A DNA stretch of 42,243 nt from an uncultured Bacteroidales bacterium (GCA_905233995.1 CAJOGF010000009.1:1-42243); one strand, 5' to 3'. Positions 1 through 9,548 are shown, counted from the first letter of the stretch. A program made the numbers and translations. The notes: generated from the sequence alone by a model not told the origin.

Positions 1-118
1 CCGGGGGTTCACACCCCCGTCTATTATATTTCGTCCTTTCAGGACTTGGTTTCAGATATAATTCGGTAGCCAAACCCCGTAGGGGTGATATATAATAGCA
101 GTGGGTGTGAATCCACGG
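1..118. repeat. Hairpin-rich MITE-like intergenic element (may be truncated by the window edge)
   Basis: 1-20 (ccgggggttcacacccccgt) matches the reverse complement of 99-118 (ccgtggattcacacccactg) at 16/20 positions. Four short GC-rich stem-loops (2-19, 33-45, 74-86, 101-116) sit in AT-rich non-coding DNA. No ORF. Confidence 0.4.
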
Positions 119-275
119 TCAAATAAGTTGACAAACGCCTAATTCGTTTCTTTTTTTAGTAACTGGGCAGGGAATCGAACCCTAAAGTATTGGACGATAA
201 TCATAAAAAAAATGGGTTGTCCAAATTAATAACGACTGTAACATTGTGGCAGCCGCTTTAAAAAAAAGCCAAAAA

Positions 276-2519
276 TTATTTTATAACAAGTGCAGTTTCA
301 ACTGCTTTATCTGTAAAATCCAACATTGGGATTGGATCGAGACCAAATCTTGATAGTTTGCCGTTGCAATAAAGTAAAAATCCTATAATTGCAAGTGCCA
401 ATACTATCCACATGATTTTTTTCCATAATGGATATTTTTTGTCGGCGAGTGGGTCTTTTATTTTTACAAATGGGAATTTTACCAAATGCGTAAGTGTTGC
501 GCCAAAGGTTATGTTTACAAAAGACTGAGCGTTGATTGCCCAACCGTTTGCGTTCAAAAGTGGTGAAAGGTTTCTGCGTCTGAGTTTCAAATATGCCAAC
601 AACATCGATGGTCCTGAAATCAAAAGTATTACAGCCAAAACTGCAAGTATCATTCCCCACCATTCAAGTTTCAAGAAACCTGTAACGGCACTTACAATGA
701 AACTTCCGATAAAGCCTAATGCCATACCTATTGCCGCAAAAATTCCGCAATATTTTGCGATGTCAAAAGCCTCTTTTTTGGGAGCGGCTTCCACTGGGGT
801 GGCTTCTGCGGCGGGTGCTTCGGCTGTTTTTTCGGTGATTTTTGTTCCTGTTTCCGAAATTTTTGCTGTTGCATTATCGGTAACGGCTTTGTCTTTGTCG
901 GCTGCAAATTTGGTAACTTGCTCTTCAATAAAGTTGACAAACTTTTTGTAAGGAGCCCAAAATGCTTCGCGTATCGAAATTGGATTGTCGATTACTTTGT
1001 TGACAGTTGCGTCCCAAACGTTGTTGTCGCGGTCAACAAAAATGGCGTTTTTACCAACTTTTATATCGTCAACGCTACCGTCGGTGATTGCGGCGCAAAT
1101 TTGCATTGTTTGATTCAACACCTTGGAAGTGCAGTCGCAATAAATCAAAAACATTGCACTTTGACCCGCCGTTGCATTATGTTTTGGCATGTCGCTAACT
1201 TTGATACAAAGATCACATTCTCTTTGGTCAATAAACAATTTGCCGGCTTGAAACATTGCAAGTTTTTCGTGTTTTACGGTGTAAAAATCCGTAAAAGAAA
1301 CAAAGTTTTTCAAGAACGACCAAAAGTTTTTGTAGCAATGAAGAAATTTGTCAACCGAAATTATTTCTTCTGATTGTTCTTTCAAAGCCAAGTCTTTGTC
1401 GATAAGTTCCAAAAGTTGTTTTTGGGAGTCTGAGGTAAGAATTTTGTTAGCCTTTTCCAAATCAATACCTTCGGCTTTTAGCCCTGCTTTTTTTGACATC
1501 CAATCTTGATATGCGGCAAATTTTTTCCCAACCGCAATAAAGTCGTCTTCGGTTATAAAATCTTTGCCCGGAAATTCTTTGTCAAAAATAAGTTTTTTTG
1601 CGTTAAGGAAATTTGCTTGCCAAGCGGGATTTATTTCGCCTTTTAGTGATAAAGTTTTTTCAGGAGTTATTCTTGCCAAAGGATATTTTTTTAGTTCTTC
1701 TATTTTTTCTGACAAATTGTCAGTTGAAATCTTTGTTAAATCCTCAATTGGCAGTTCCATTGCGGCAAAAGTATCTTTGTTGAAAGAAACCATTTTGCAA
1801 CGGATAAAATAATCTTCAACTTTTTGTTTTATAGCGTTATAAGCATTGAGAGCCTCTGGAGTGTCATTTCCAAAAGCCAAAATATCTTTGTTTTCGTTGC
1901 TTAATTTTTGCCAAGCGGTGTAGTCGGATAGTTCTTTGAAAAATTCTTCGATTTGTTCTTTGTTGATACCTTTTTCGCCCGAACGGTCGTCTGAAAGTCC
2001 GATTTTTTCACCGATAAGAGCGATAAGGTCTTTTAATTCAGCATTTTGGGTAGAAAGTGCGGTTATAACGCCGTCGCCGTTGAAGGCTGTGCCTGCAAAG
2101 ATTTTTTCTAAATCACTTGTCTCGTCCAAAGAAATTTCCTCTTTTTCTTTGGATAGATTTTTGAGAATGATTTTGGCTGAATTGAAAATTTTCTTACCTT
2201 CTTCGCTTTCTTGATTAATATCCGAAAGTTTTATCGAAGAATTTTCTGAGGTAAGTAATTCAGGATTTTTAACAATGTTGCAAAGCCAGTTAGCGGTTTT
2301 TACAACTTCGTCAACTCGGATTTTGCCGTCGGAATTTTGATCCAAAACTTCGAGAGTTTTTTTGTCGAATTCCAATCCTGAAGCGGGACAAGATAACACT
2401 GTCCACATCTTTGTATCAAGTTCTCCAAGGTGTTTAATATCTTCGCCCGATTCTATGCTGATACGAGTAACACCTCCTATTTTGGAGAATTTCCATGAAT
2501 AATTAGAAGTTTTTTCCAT
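276..2519 (-). CDS. Large conserved hypothetical membrane protein with an N-terminal EF-hand Ca-binding loop and about 3 C-terminal TM helices
   Basis: Uninterrupted 747-aa ORF. Canonical EF-hand loop DQNSDGKIRVDE (DxNxDGxIxxxE) is encoded at 2307-2342. Hydrophobic helices lie near the C-terminus (YCGIFAAIGMALGFIGSFIV, WWGMILAVLAVILLISG, IMWIVLALAIIGFLLY). A TAATTTTG box lies 36 nt upstream. Confidence 0.8.
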   Translation of the reverse strand: MEKTSNYSWKFSKIGGVTRISIESGEDIKHLGELDTKMWTVLSCPASGLEFDKKTLEVLDQNSDGKIRVDEVVKTANWLCNIVKNPELLTSENSSIKLSDINQESEEGKKIFNSAKIILKNLSKEKEEISLDETSDLEKIFAGTAFNGDGVITALSTQNAELKDLIALIGEKIGLSDDRSGEKGINKEQIEEFFKELSDYTAWQKLSNENKDILAFGNDTPEALNAYNAIKQKVEDYFIRCKMVSFNKDTFAAMELPIEDLTKISTDNLSEKIEELKKYPLARITPEKTLSLKGEINPAWQANFLNAKKLIFDKEFPGKDFITEDDFIAVGKKFAAYQDWMSKKAGLKAEGIDLEKANKILTSDSQKQLLELIDKDLALKEQSEEIISVDKFLHCYKNFWSFLKNFVSFTDFYTVKHEKLAMFQAGKLFIDQRECDLCIKVSDMPKHNATAGQSAMFLIYCDCTSKVLNQTMQICAAITDGSVDDIKVGKNAIFVDRDNNVWDATVNKVIDNPISIREAFWAPYKKFVNFIEEQVTKFAADKDKAVTDNATAKISETGTKITEKTAEAPAAEATPVEAAPKKEAFDIAKYCGIFAAIGMALGFIGSFIVSAVTGFLKLEWWGMILAVLAVILLISGPSMLLAYLKLRRRNLSPLLNANGWAINAQSFVNITFGATLTHLVKFPFVKIKDPLADKKYPLWKKIMWIVLALAIIGFLLYCNGKLSRFGLDPIPMLDFTDKAVETALVIK

Positions 2520-2554
2520 CTCTTTTTTTTGAATTGTTTTAAAAAAATAATGGT

Positions 2555-2562
2555 CAAAATTA
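2555..2562 (-). promoter_or_regulatory. Bacteroidota-type -7 box (TAATTTTG) for the EF-hand protein gene
   Basis: Plus strand reads caaaatta, whose reverse complement is TAATTTTG (TAnnTTTG consensus). It lies 36 nt upstream of the start at 2519. Confidence 0.5.
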
Positions 2563-2594
2563 TAAAAAAATATTATGCTTTACAAAAAAAAAGT

Positions 2595-2602
2595 TAAATT
2601 TG
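2595..2602 (+). promoter_or_regulatory. Bacteroidota-type -7 box (TAAATTTG) for the first SpoIIE paralog
   Basis: TAAATTTG lies 49 nt upstream of the ATG at 2651 and is divergent to the box at 2555-2562. Confidence 0.5.
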
Positions 2603-2650
2603 CAGAAATATTTTTGAAAGGTAACATTGTATTTTTTCGCCTCAAAACCT

Positions 2651-4951
2651 ATGAAATTAAGCAAATTAATCATATTTTTAATATTTTTTTTGCAGTTGTT
2701 TCTGCTAAGGGGAAAGGTGTATTCGCAGGCAACCGAAAACAATGTCGGTGATGAATTTTATTTGGAAAATTTATTCAAGGAATTACATTCTGCAAAATCA
2801 GACACTGCACTTTTGAGAATTTATACCGAAATTTATCACAATCATTACAATCTTGATACTATTATAAAATATGCTGATTCGGCCTCTAAAGTATCGTTAA
2901 GACTTTCTGATGGAGTTTCATACGCTGAGGCGATTATGTTTATCGGTGCGGTGTATAATCAAAACGGAGAAAATCAAAAAGCGGCATCTTATTTTTGTGC
3001 AGCGTTGAATTTTTGGATAGACTCTGAAAATCTTACTAAACAGGCAGTTTGTTACAATTGTTTGGCTGTAATTGACGAAAATCTCAATCATTACGAGTCG
3101 GCACTTACAAATTATAGTCTTGCGCTTGATTTGTTTTTGCAAACTGGCGACACTTTACGCTCGGCGCGTATATATCGCGGAATGTCAAATACTTACAGTG
3201 GTTTTAATCTTTTATCTTCTGCTGACGAATATTTAAACAAGGCTCTCGAAATAGATTTGCATTATTCAGATATGACAAGTGTTGCTTTCGACTATGTTTA
3301 TTTGGGCAATATTTGGCTTGCAAAATTTTTCAACACAAAAGATTCTAACAATCTAAACAAAGTTAAAGAATATTATAAAAAGGGTTTGTCGGCGGCAGAA
3401 AAGTCAAATTTTCTTGATGCCTTGATAGAATCTTCGCTTAGTTTGCAAAAAACTTATCTTATTATTGCTGAATTATCATCGAATGATGATTTTCTTGTTG
3501 CAATAGATAGTAGTCGGATTTATAAGGGGTTAGCCCAAAATTGCATTGAAAAAATGTCGAATCGTACAAGGGAGTTTCTTTATTGTATTAATGATTGTAG
3601 AGAAAAAATTTTGTTGCAGGAATTAGAAGACGCAAAAAAAATAATCGACTCTTTGTCGAATGTTTTTTTGAGTGATTTAAATAAATTTGAAACAATTTAT
3701 TACGAAGATTTTGGTCCTGTTTTGTCGCTTTTTTACAAAAAAACAGAAGATTACAAGAGTTTGTATTTGTTTTCTGAAAAATATAAGTATTTTAGAAATA
3801 TGCGTTATAGTCTTGATTTTGCTGTTAAAGGAGAAAAAAAATATAATGCTACTTTTTTTGGTGACAAACTTCGCCGTCTTGAGCAAGAAAGTGCGGATAA
3901 AAATGCGTTGTTTCACAAAAATAGTGATTCTTGGCGTGTTAATTTGATTTTTTTGATTACTTTTTTAACTCTTTTGATTTTTATAGTTATTGTATTGAGG
4001 GACAATGCAAAAGATGGTGAAAAAACTTTTAAAACCCTAAAACAACAAAAAAACGATATTCTTGAATTTAACAAGCAATTAAGCAATATTCGCGATACGT
4101 CGTTACGACAAAATATGGAAATAAGCCGTCAAAGTCAGAAAATTAATGAGCAAAATATTGAAATTTCCAATACTAATCGAGCCATAACTCATAGCATTGA
4201 ATATGCTCGTCAAATACAATTGGCATCTATGCCGCTAAAAAGGACTTTGAAACTTTTGTTCAACGATTTATTCTTGATTTATAAGCCGTTGGATATTGTT
4301 TCAGGAGATTTTTATTGGTGTGGAGAAACTTCCGAGTTCAAGATAATTGGTGTTTTTGACTGTACAGGTCATGGCATTTCGGGTGGATTGTTGAGTATGC
4401 TTGGCATTTCAATTTTAAATGACACTCTTGCTGAGATTTCTTCGGGCAACATTGCGGCAGAAATTCTCAATAATTTGCGCAAAAAAATAATTTCGTTCAC
4501 AACTAAAGAAGTTGATGACGGAATTGATGGTGCAGTTGTTGCAGTATCAAAACAGACAAACACTTTGTGTATCTGTGGTGCTATGCGTCCGGTGTGGATT
4601 GAAAGGGATGGTGAAATTATTGAAATTATGCCCGAAAGAATGCCGGTAAGTAGGGGAAAATATCAAAACAAACCATTTGTAGGTCAGGAATTTAAATACC
4701 AAAAAAACGATATTGTCTATTTGTTTACCGATGGTATGACAGATGTTTTTGGCTATTCACCCGACACAACTTCTAAAAAACAATTGCTGAAGTTTTCGCA
4801 GAAAAGACTTAAAACGCTTTTAAGTCAGGTTTATCAGTTGAGTCTTGGAAAACAAAAAGAGGTTATAACTTACGCTTTGGAAGATTGGCAAAGCGGTTTG
4901 AAACACGATAGTCTTATTGACGACCAATTAATGATTGGTTTCAAGTTGTGA
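2651..4951 (+). CDS. TPR-repeat sensor / PP2C-type (SpoIIE family) serine phosphatase, paralog 1
   Basis: Signal peptide MKLSKLIIFLIFFLQLFLL..SQ, then about 430 aa of TPR-like repeats, a TM helix (VNLIFLITFLTLLIFIVIVL) and a coiled coil. PP2C/SpoIIE motifs are present: VSGDFYW, DCTGHGISGGLLSMLG, DGIDGAVV, LFTDGMTDVFG. The start was moved from 2627 to the internal ATG at 2651 that precedes the signal peptide. Confidence 0.85.
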   Translation: MKLSKLIIFLIFFLQLFLLRGKVYSQATENNVGDEFYLENLFKELHSAKSDTALLRIYTEIYHNHYNLDTIIKYADSASKVSLRLSDGVSYAEAIMFIGAVYNQNGENQKAASYFCAALNFWIDSENLTKQAVCYNCLAVIDENLNHYESALTNYSLALDLFLQTGDTLRSARIYRGMSNTYSGFNLLSSADEYLNKALEIDLHYSDMTSVAFDYVYLGNIWLAKFFNTKDSNNLNKVKEYYKKGLSAAEKSNFLDALIESSLSLQKTYLIIAELSSNDDFLVAIDSSRIYKGLAQNCIEKMSNRTREFLYCINDCREKILLQELEDAKKIIDSLSNVFLSDLNKFETIYYEDFGPVLSLFYKKTEDYKSLYLFSEKYKYFRNMRYSLDFAVKGEKKYNATFFGDKLRRLEQESADKNALFHKNSDSWRVNLIFLITFLTLLIFIVIVLRDNAKDGEKTFKTLKQQKNDILEFNKQLSNIRDTSLRQNMEISRQSQKINEQNIEISNTNRAITHSIEYARQIQLASMPLKRTLKLLFNDLFLIYKPLDIVSGDFYWCGETSEFKIIGVFDCTGHGISGGLLSMLGISILNDTLAEISSGNIAAEILNNLRKKIISFTTKEVDDGIDGAVVAVSKQTNTLCICGAMRPVWIERDGEIIEIMPERMPVSRGKYQNKPFVGQEFKYQKNDIVYLFTDGMTDVFGYSPDTTSKKQLLKFSQKRLKTLLSQVYQLSLGKQKEVITYALEDWQSGLKHDSLIDDQLMIGFKL

Positions 4952-4972
4952 TTTTTTTTAGGCACGAAAAGA

Positions 4973-7265
4973 ATGCGTTATTTGGTTTATATATTGCTTT
5001 TTATGTTTATGTTGACAAAACCCTGTTATTCTTTGGAGCAGGATATTGTTGACAAGGAACTCGACAGCCTAATAGCGTTAGAAAGCAAAACAACTTCGGG
5101 CATGGAAAAATTACGCATTTTAAAAGAAATTTGTAAGACTCATTATAATGTTGACACTATTTATAAATACGCGCGAGTTGCCTCTGTTATAGCCAAAAGT
5201 CTTGGTGATGAAAAATATTTGGCATTTGCTTATTCTACATTTTCTTGGTGTGAATATCATTATGGTGATTATCAGAAATCTTTAGGTTGGTCTTTTATGG
5301 TTTTGGGACGGTGCGAAAAAATTGACGACCCTGTATATTTAGCGCATTGTTATAAGCAATTAGGTTATACTTATTACGGACTTTCAGATTATTACAATGC
5401 TGATAGATATTGTAGAGAGGCTCTTGAGGTATTTGATTCGCTTCAGATAAATGAGGAGGTAGCCTCGGCTTATCGTGCTTTAGGAATGTTTTGTATGGAA
5501 TATGGCTATTTGGATGTTGGAAGTAGATATATTCAAAAGGCGTATCAAATCGACTTTGCAAGGCATTATGATAGTAAAGCGGAGGATTTGATGTATTTTG
5601 GTTATTATGATTATTTGAAATATTTGTCTGAAAAAAAATATTATTATGTTCAGTCGGCAGTTCATTGGTATAATACGGCATTAAAAAAAGTGTCAGGCAA
5701 AAAAAGTATTGCGATAAAAAGTCGTATTTTTGAAAATCTTGCTTTGTCGTACAACGAGATATTGGAAAATGCTAAGTTAAGTCAAGACGAAAGAGCCTCT
5801 TATTTGGATAGTTGCGAAAAATATTCGGATTTGGCACTTTCTTACGCAAAGAAAATAGGGTCAAAAGAAAAAAAGTTTATTGCAGACTATTGTCTTGCTC
5901 GTTGTAGACTCAATGCAAACGACTTGGAGTCAGCAGAAAAGCAAATCGAAAAAATATCGGATTTTATTAACGAAAATTCTGTAAGGTCGTTAAGATTCAG
6001 TGGATTTTATTACAAAGTTCTTTTGTTGAAAGCCAAACATCAAAAAGATTATAAGGCAATGCTCAATTATATGCAACAACTGAAAATTGCTGATATGAAA
6101 CGTTATACTTTTGATTTAGGTTCCAAAATCAGTAAAATTCAGGCGAAAGAAAATTATCTGCAATTTAAACTAAAAACTAAAAATCGTTATCATAAAAGCG
6201 AAGAAAAATTTCGGATGTATTTGCAAAAAAGTAAACGTATTAATACATATTTGATGTTTGTGGCTTTGGTTATAATTGCAAGTATATTTTACATTAAATT
6301 TGTTTCAGGTCAGCAGGTTGAAATAAAAAATATTTTGACCAAACAAAGCAAAAATATTGTTAATCAAAACGAAGAATTAGACAAACAAAGGCAAGAGTTT
6401 TTATCGTTAAGACAGGAGTTTTTGTCTCAGAAACAGCAACTTGAAAATAAAAAGCGTAAGTTTATAAAACTTAATCAAAGCATGTATTATTCGCTATATC
6501 GGGCATGGAAGATTCAAAATGTGCTTATTCCTTCAAGCGATATGCTAAGAGATTGTTTTGGTGAATGTTTGGTTTATTTTAAGCCTCTTCAAATGGTTTC
6601 TGGTGATTTTTATTGGGCGTTAAAAACTCCTGAAATCAGAGTTTTAGTAACTGCCGATTGTACGGGACACGGCATTTCGGGCGGTTTTTTGAGTATGCTT
6701 GGCATTTCATCGCTCAATGATATTGTTACGCATAGAGATTTAAACAATAGCGAAAGTCTTGCTTCTGACATTTTGGAAGATATGCGTAAAAAAATCATTA
6801 GTTCTTTGCATCAAGAAATCTCGGCTGATGTTCAGAACGATACTATCGACATGGCAATCTGTATTTTCGGCAAAAACAATAATTTGCTTCAGTATGCTGG
6901 TGCTAATCGTCCGTTGTGGATTTCGGGCAAAGATGGAATTAGGGTTGTTGAGGCTGACGAATTTTCAACGGGTATGGATTTTTCTTACAAGGGAAGTTTC
7001 ACTAATCATAAAGTGAAAGTAGAAAAAGGCGTTTTCTGACGGTATTACCGATATGTTTGGTGGCAAAAATGGGAATACAAAATTTGGTCAAAAACGGCTT
7101 AAACAACTTTTGGAGGAGATTTCAGTTGATAATTTCAGCGTGCAATATCAAAAAATTGATGAAGTTGTGTATTTTTGGACATCAACGCCGCTTTATGACG
7201 ACAATTCAGTAGAGATTTACAACCGACAAGTTGACGATAAATTATTAATCGGAATTAAAATTTAG
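4973..7265 (+). pseudogene. TPR-repeat sensor / SpoIIE-family phosphatase, paralog 2, interrupted by a frameshift near 7029-7040
   Basis: It has the same architecture as paralog 1 (VSGDFYW, DCTGHGISGGFLSMLG). The reading frame stops at 7037-7039. The conserved continuation FSDGITDMFGG...LLIGIKI is in another frame (7032 onward; ORF 7053-7265). About 4 residues of the strand before the DG motif appear to be missing relative to the paralogs. Confidence 0.75.
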
Positions 7266-7804
7266 TTTTTCAGAGTGTTGAGAATATTGCTAAGTTCGTT
7301 TGCTCTGAAATTTTTGGCGACAATTTTGCCTTGTCCGTCAATTAAATAATTTGCAGGAATAGAACTTACGTTGTATTGTTTTGCGATGTCGGAATCAACG
7401 CCGTGAGTGTCAATTACATTAATAAATTCGTAAATATTATCTTCATGGACGGCTTTTTTCCAAGATTCAGTATCTTCGTCCAAAGAAATCGACAAAACCA
7501 AAAATTCGTTTCCGTTTTTAAACTTTTTGTCTTTGAATTGTATGTAAGTATTTTTGATGATTGGATTTTCGGCTCTGCAAGGTTTGCACCATGAAGCCCA
7601 AAATTGAATTAGAATATATCTTCCTTTCAGATAAGACAAAGACGCTTCTTTTGCATTAATATCTTTTAATACAATATTCGGAGATAATTGTCCCGGATTC
7701 AAAATTTCATAATGCTTGTATGATGTAGTTGTTTCTACGCTCTGTGCTGCAACGTGCGTAGAAAAAGACATCAAAAGCAATATAATGGAAAGCAATCTTG
7801 TCAT
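7262..7804 (-). CDS. TlpA/ResA-like periplasmic thiol:disulfide oxidoreductase (thioredoxin fold)
   Basis: Signal peptide, CxxC active site in FWASWCKPCRAENP, and the thioredoxin-fold cis-Pro region SSIPANYLID. Confidence 0.85.
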   Translation of the reverse strand: MTRLLSIILLLMSFSTHVAAQSVETTTSYKHYEILNPGQLSPNIVLKDINAKEASLSYLKGRYILIQFWASWCKPCRAENPIIKNTYIQFKDKKFKNGNEFLVLSISLDEDTESWKKAVHEDNIYEFINVIDTHGVDSDIAKQYNVSSIPANYLIDGQGKIVAKNFRANELSNILNTLKN

Positions 7805-7867
7805 TATTAATGATGAGATTTTTCTTTTTCAACGTAAGAAAGCAACTTTATATTGTGTTATTTTTTG

Positions 7868-8560
7868 TTAATAAATTATACTTCCATTTTCATCAAAATG
7901 TATTTGTTGACCGAACGATAAGTTGATGTTTTCTTTTTGACGGGAAAAATTGACTTTTTTTGCCAAATATCCTGACAAAATGATTCCGTTTTCGCTAAGT
8001 TTTATCGGCGAGTTAGCCGAAAGTACAACTTTAACACCTTCGTATGAGGTGATTTTTATATTTGTTGACGGGGTAATGAATTTTATTTTTCCGTTCTGAT
8101 AAAATTCTATAGGCGAATTTTCGGCGGAATGGATTATTTGATTGTCAATTGTTGTGGTTATACTTTCAAAAGGGCTACCTCTGAAAACAATGCCGTGGCG
8201 GTCAAAAAAAATTCTTGACCCTCGTCTAAACTCTCTGTATTTATTGTCGGGACATTCTGCTAAAATGTTTGCCGCAAGCACGCCTTGAGTTACTTTTCCA
8301 GACGAGTTTAATCTGATAAAACCATTTGAGGAAAACAAAACCAAAGGTCCTGTTGTCCATAATTCAGTATCAAAAGCGGGAACACCTTCTATTACAAAGC
8401 CGTTGTCGTTGGTTTTGTATGCGCTCCCTGCTTTAAAAACAACTTTTATACCCGTTGTTTGCAAAAGAGAGTCTCTTTTTAGCGTGTCAACATTATAAGC
8501 CTTAACAGTTATTGATACTGATAAAAAAACTAATGATAATATAATTTTTAATTTTCCCAT
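7868..8560 (-). CDS. Secreted hypothetical protein with repeated NG-x-I/V beta-hairpin motifs (MORN-variant-like)
   Basis: 230-aa ORF with a signal peptide (MGKLKIILSLVFLSVSITVKA). Motifs recur: NGFVIEG, SNGFIRL, HGIVFRG, QNGKIKF, ENGIILSG, ENGSIIY. A TAAATTTG box lies 31 nt upstream. Confidence 0.6.
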   Translation of the reverse strand: MGKLKIILSLVFLSVSITVKAYNVDTLKRDSLLQTTGIKVVFKAGSAYKTNDNGFVIEGVPAFDTELWTTGPLVLFSSNGFIRLNSSGKVTQGVLAANILAECPDNKYREFRRGSRIFFDRHGIVFRGSPFESITTTIDNQIIHSAENSPIEFYQNGKIKFITPSTNIKITSYEGVKVVLSANSPIKLSENGIILSGYLAKKVNFSRQKENINLSFGQQIHFDENGSIIY

Positions 8561-8576
8561 TGTTAGAAAATTTTAT

Positions 8577-8584
8577 TACCTTTG
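8577..8584 (+). promoter_or_regulatory. -7 box TACCTTTG upstream of era
   Basis: TAnnTTTG match 33 nt upstream of the ATG at 8617. Confidence 0.5.
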
Positions 8585-8590
8585 CAGCCG

Positions 8591-8598
8591 CAAATTTA
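8591..8598 (-). promoter_or_regulatory. -7 box TAAATTTG for the 7868-8560 gene
   Basis: Plus strand reads caaattta. It lies 31 nt upstream of the start at 8560, back-to-back with the era box. Confidence 0.45.
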
Positions 8599-8616
8599 AG
8601 TTTTTTTTTTGAAAAT

Positions 8617-9510
8617 ATGGGTTTTAAATCAGGTTTTGTGAATATTGTCGGCAATCCTAATGTTGGGAAATCGACATTAATGAATATTCTTGTGGGTGAA
8701 AAATTGTCAATTATCACCGCAAAAAGTCAGACTACGCGCCATAGAATTATGGGAGTTGTAACAACTGACGATTATCAAATTGTTTACAGCGACACTCCGG
8801 GTGTCTTGAAACCTGTTTATAAACTTCAGGAATCAATGTTGAAATATTCGGAGTCGGCTCTTGAAGATGCTGATGTGATTTTGTATATAACCGATGTTTT
8901 GGAAACCAAAACCAAAAATAAGTTTTTTTTGGAAATGGTAAACAAACTTTCTTGTCCGATTATCATTCTAATCAACAAAATAGATTTGGCAGAATCTCAA
9001 GACAAGGTTGTAGAAATTATCAAAGATTGGAAACAATTGATTCCAAAAGCAGAGATTTATCCTGTAAGTGCGCTTCATAAGTTCAACACTGAGAATATTT
9101 TGGACAAAATTGTATCGCTTTTGCCAGAGAATCCGCCATATTTTGAAAAAGACCGTTTGACCGACAAACCAGAAAGATTTTTTGTATCGGAAATCGTCCG
9201 CGAAAAAGTACTTGAAAATTATGATAAAGAGATTCCTTATTCTGTTGAGGTTGAAGTAGAAACTTTCAAAGAAGAAGAAAATATAATTCGCATTCAGAGT
9301 GTGATAAATGTCATTAGGGAGTCTCAAAAAGGCATTATAATTGGTAAGGGCGGTATTGCTCTTAAAAAACTTGGTCAAAAGGCTCGTAAAGAACTTGAAG
9401 AGTTTTTCGGCAAAAAAATCTATCTTGAAATCTTTGTTAAAGTTTCCAAAGATTGGCGCGACAACAAAAATAGACTCAAGGGGTTTGGTTATGATGTCAG
9501 CGGAATGTAA
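8617..9510 (+). CDS. era: GTPase Era
   Basis: G1 motif GNPNVGKSTL, G3 motif DTPG, G4 motif NKID, and a C-terminal KH domain (IIGKGGIALKKLG). The start is set at the internal ATG 8617, downstream of the promoter box. Confidence 0.93.
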   Translation: MGFKSGFVNIVGNPNVGKSTLMNILVGEKLSIITAKSQTTRHRIMGVVTTDDYQIVYSDTPGVLKPVYKLQESMLKYSESALEDADVILYITDVLETKTKNKFFLEMVNKLSCPIIILINKIDLAESQDKVVEIIKDWKQLIPKAEIYPVSALHKFNTENILDKIVSLLPENPPYFEKDRLTDKPERFFVSEIVREKVLENYDKEIPYSVEVEVETFKEEENIIRIQSVINVIRESQKGIIIGKGGIALKKLGQKARKELEEFFGKKIYLEIFVKVSKDWRDNKNRLKGFGYDVSGM

Positions 9511-9540
9511 AAAATATTTTTTTTAACGAAAATAAATCAA

Positions 9541-9548
9541 TAAATTTG
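9541..9548 (+). promoter_or_regulatory. -7 box TAAATTTG upstream of dnaN
   Basis: TAnnTTTG match 32 nt upstream of the ATG at 9580. Confidence 0.5.

Noticed and set aside
150-240. Possible complete tRNA or tmRNA gene on the minus strand, prompted by the GGTTCGATTCC T-loop.
   Set aside because: Only the T arm and a 3' acceptor-like strand are present. The implied 5' acceptor (AACTGGG) is not found upstream, I could not fold a D arm or anticodon arm, and a tmRNA would have to overlap the CDS ending at 276.
7019-7040. Programmed +1 frameshift of the prfB type (ttc tga c) rescuing SpoIIE paralog 2.
   Set aside because: tRNA-Phe re-pairing on the +1 codon (UCU) would be poor, and no upstream stimulatory element is evident. 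The shifted product would still lack about four conserved residues of the strand before the DG motif. A deletion pseudogene is the simpler reading.
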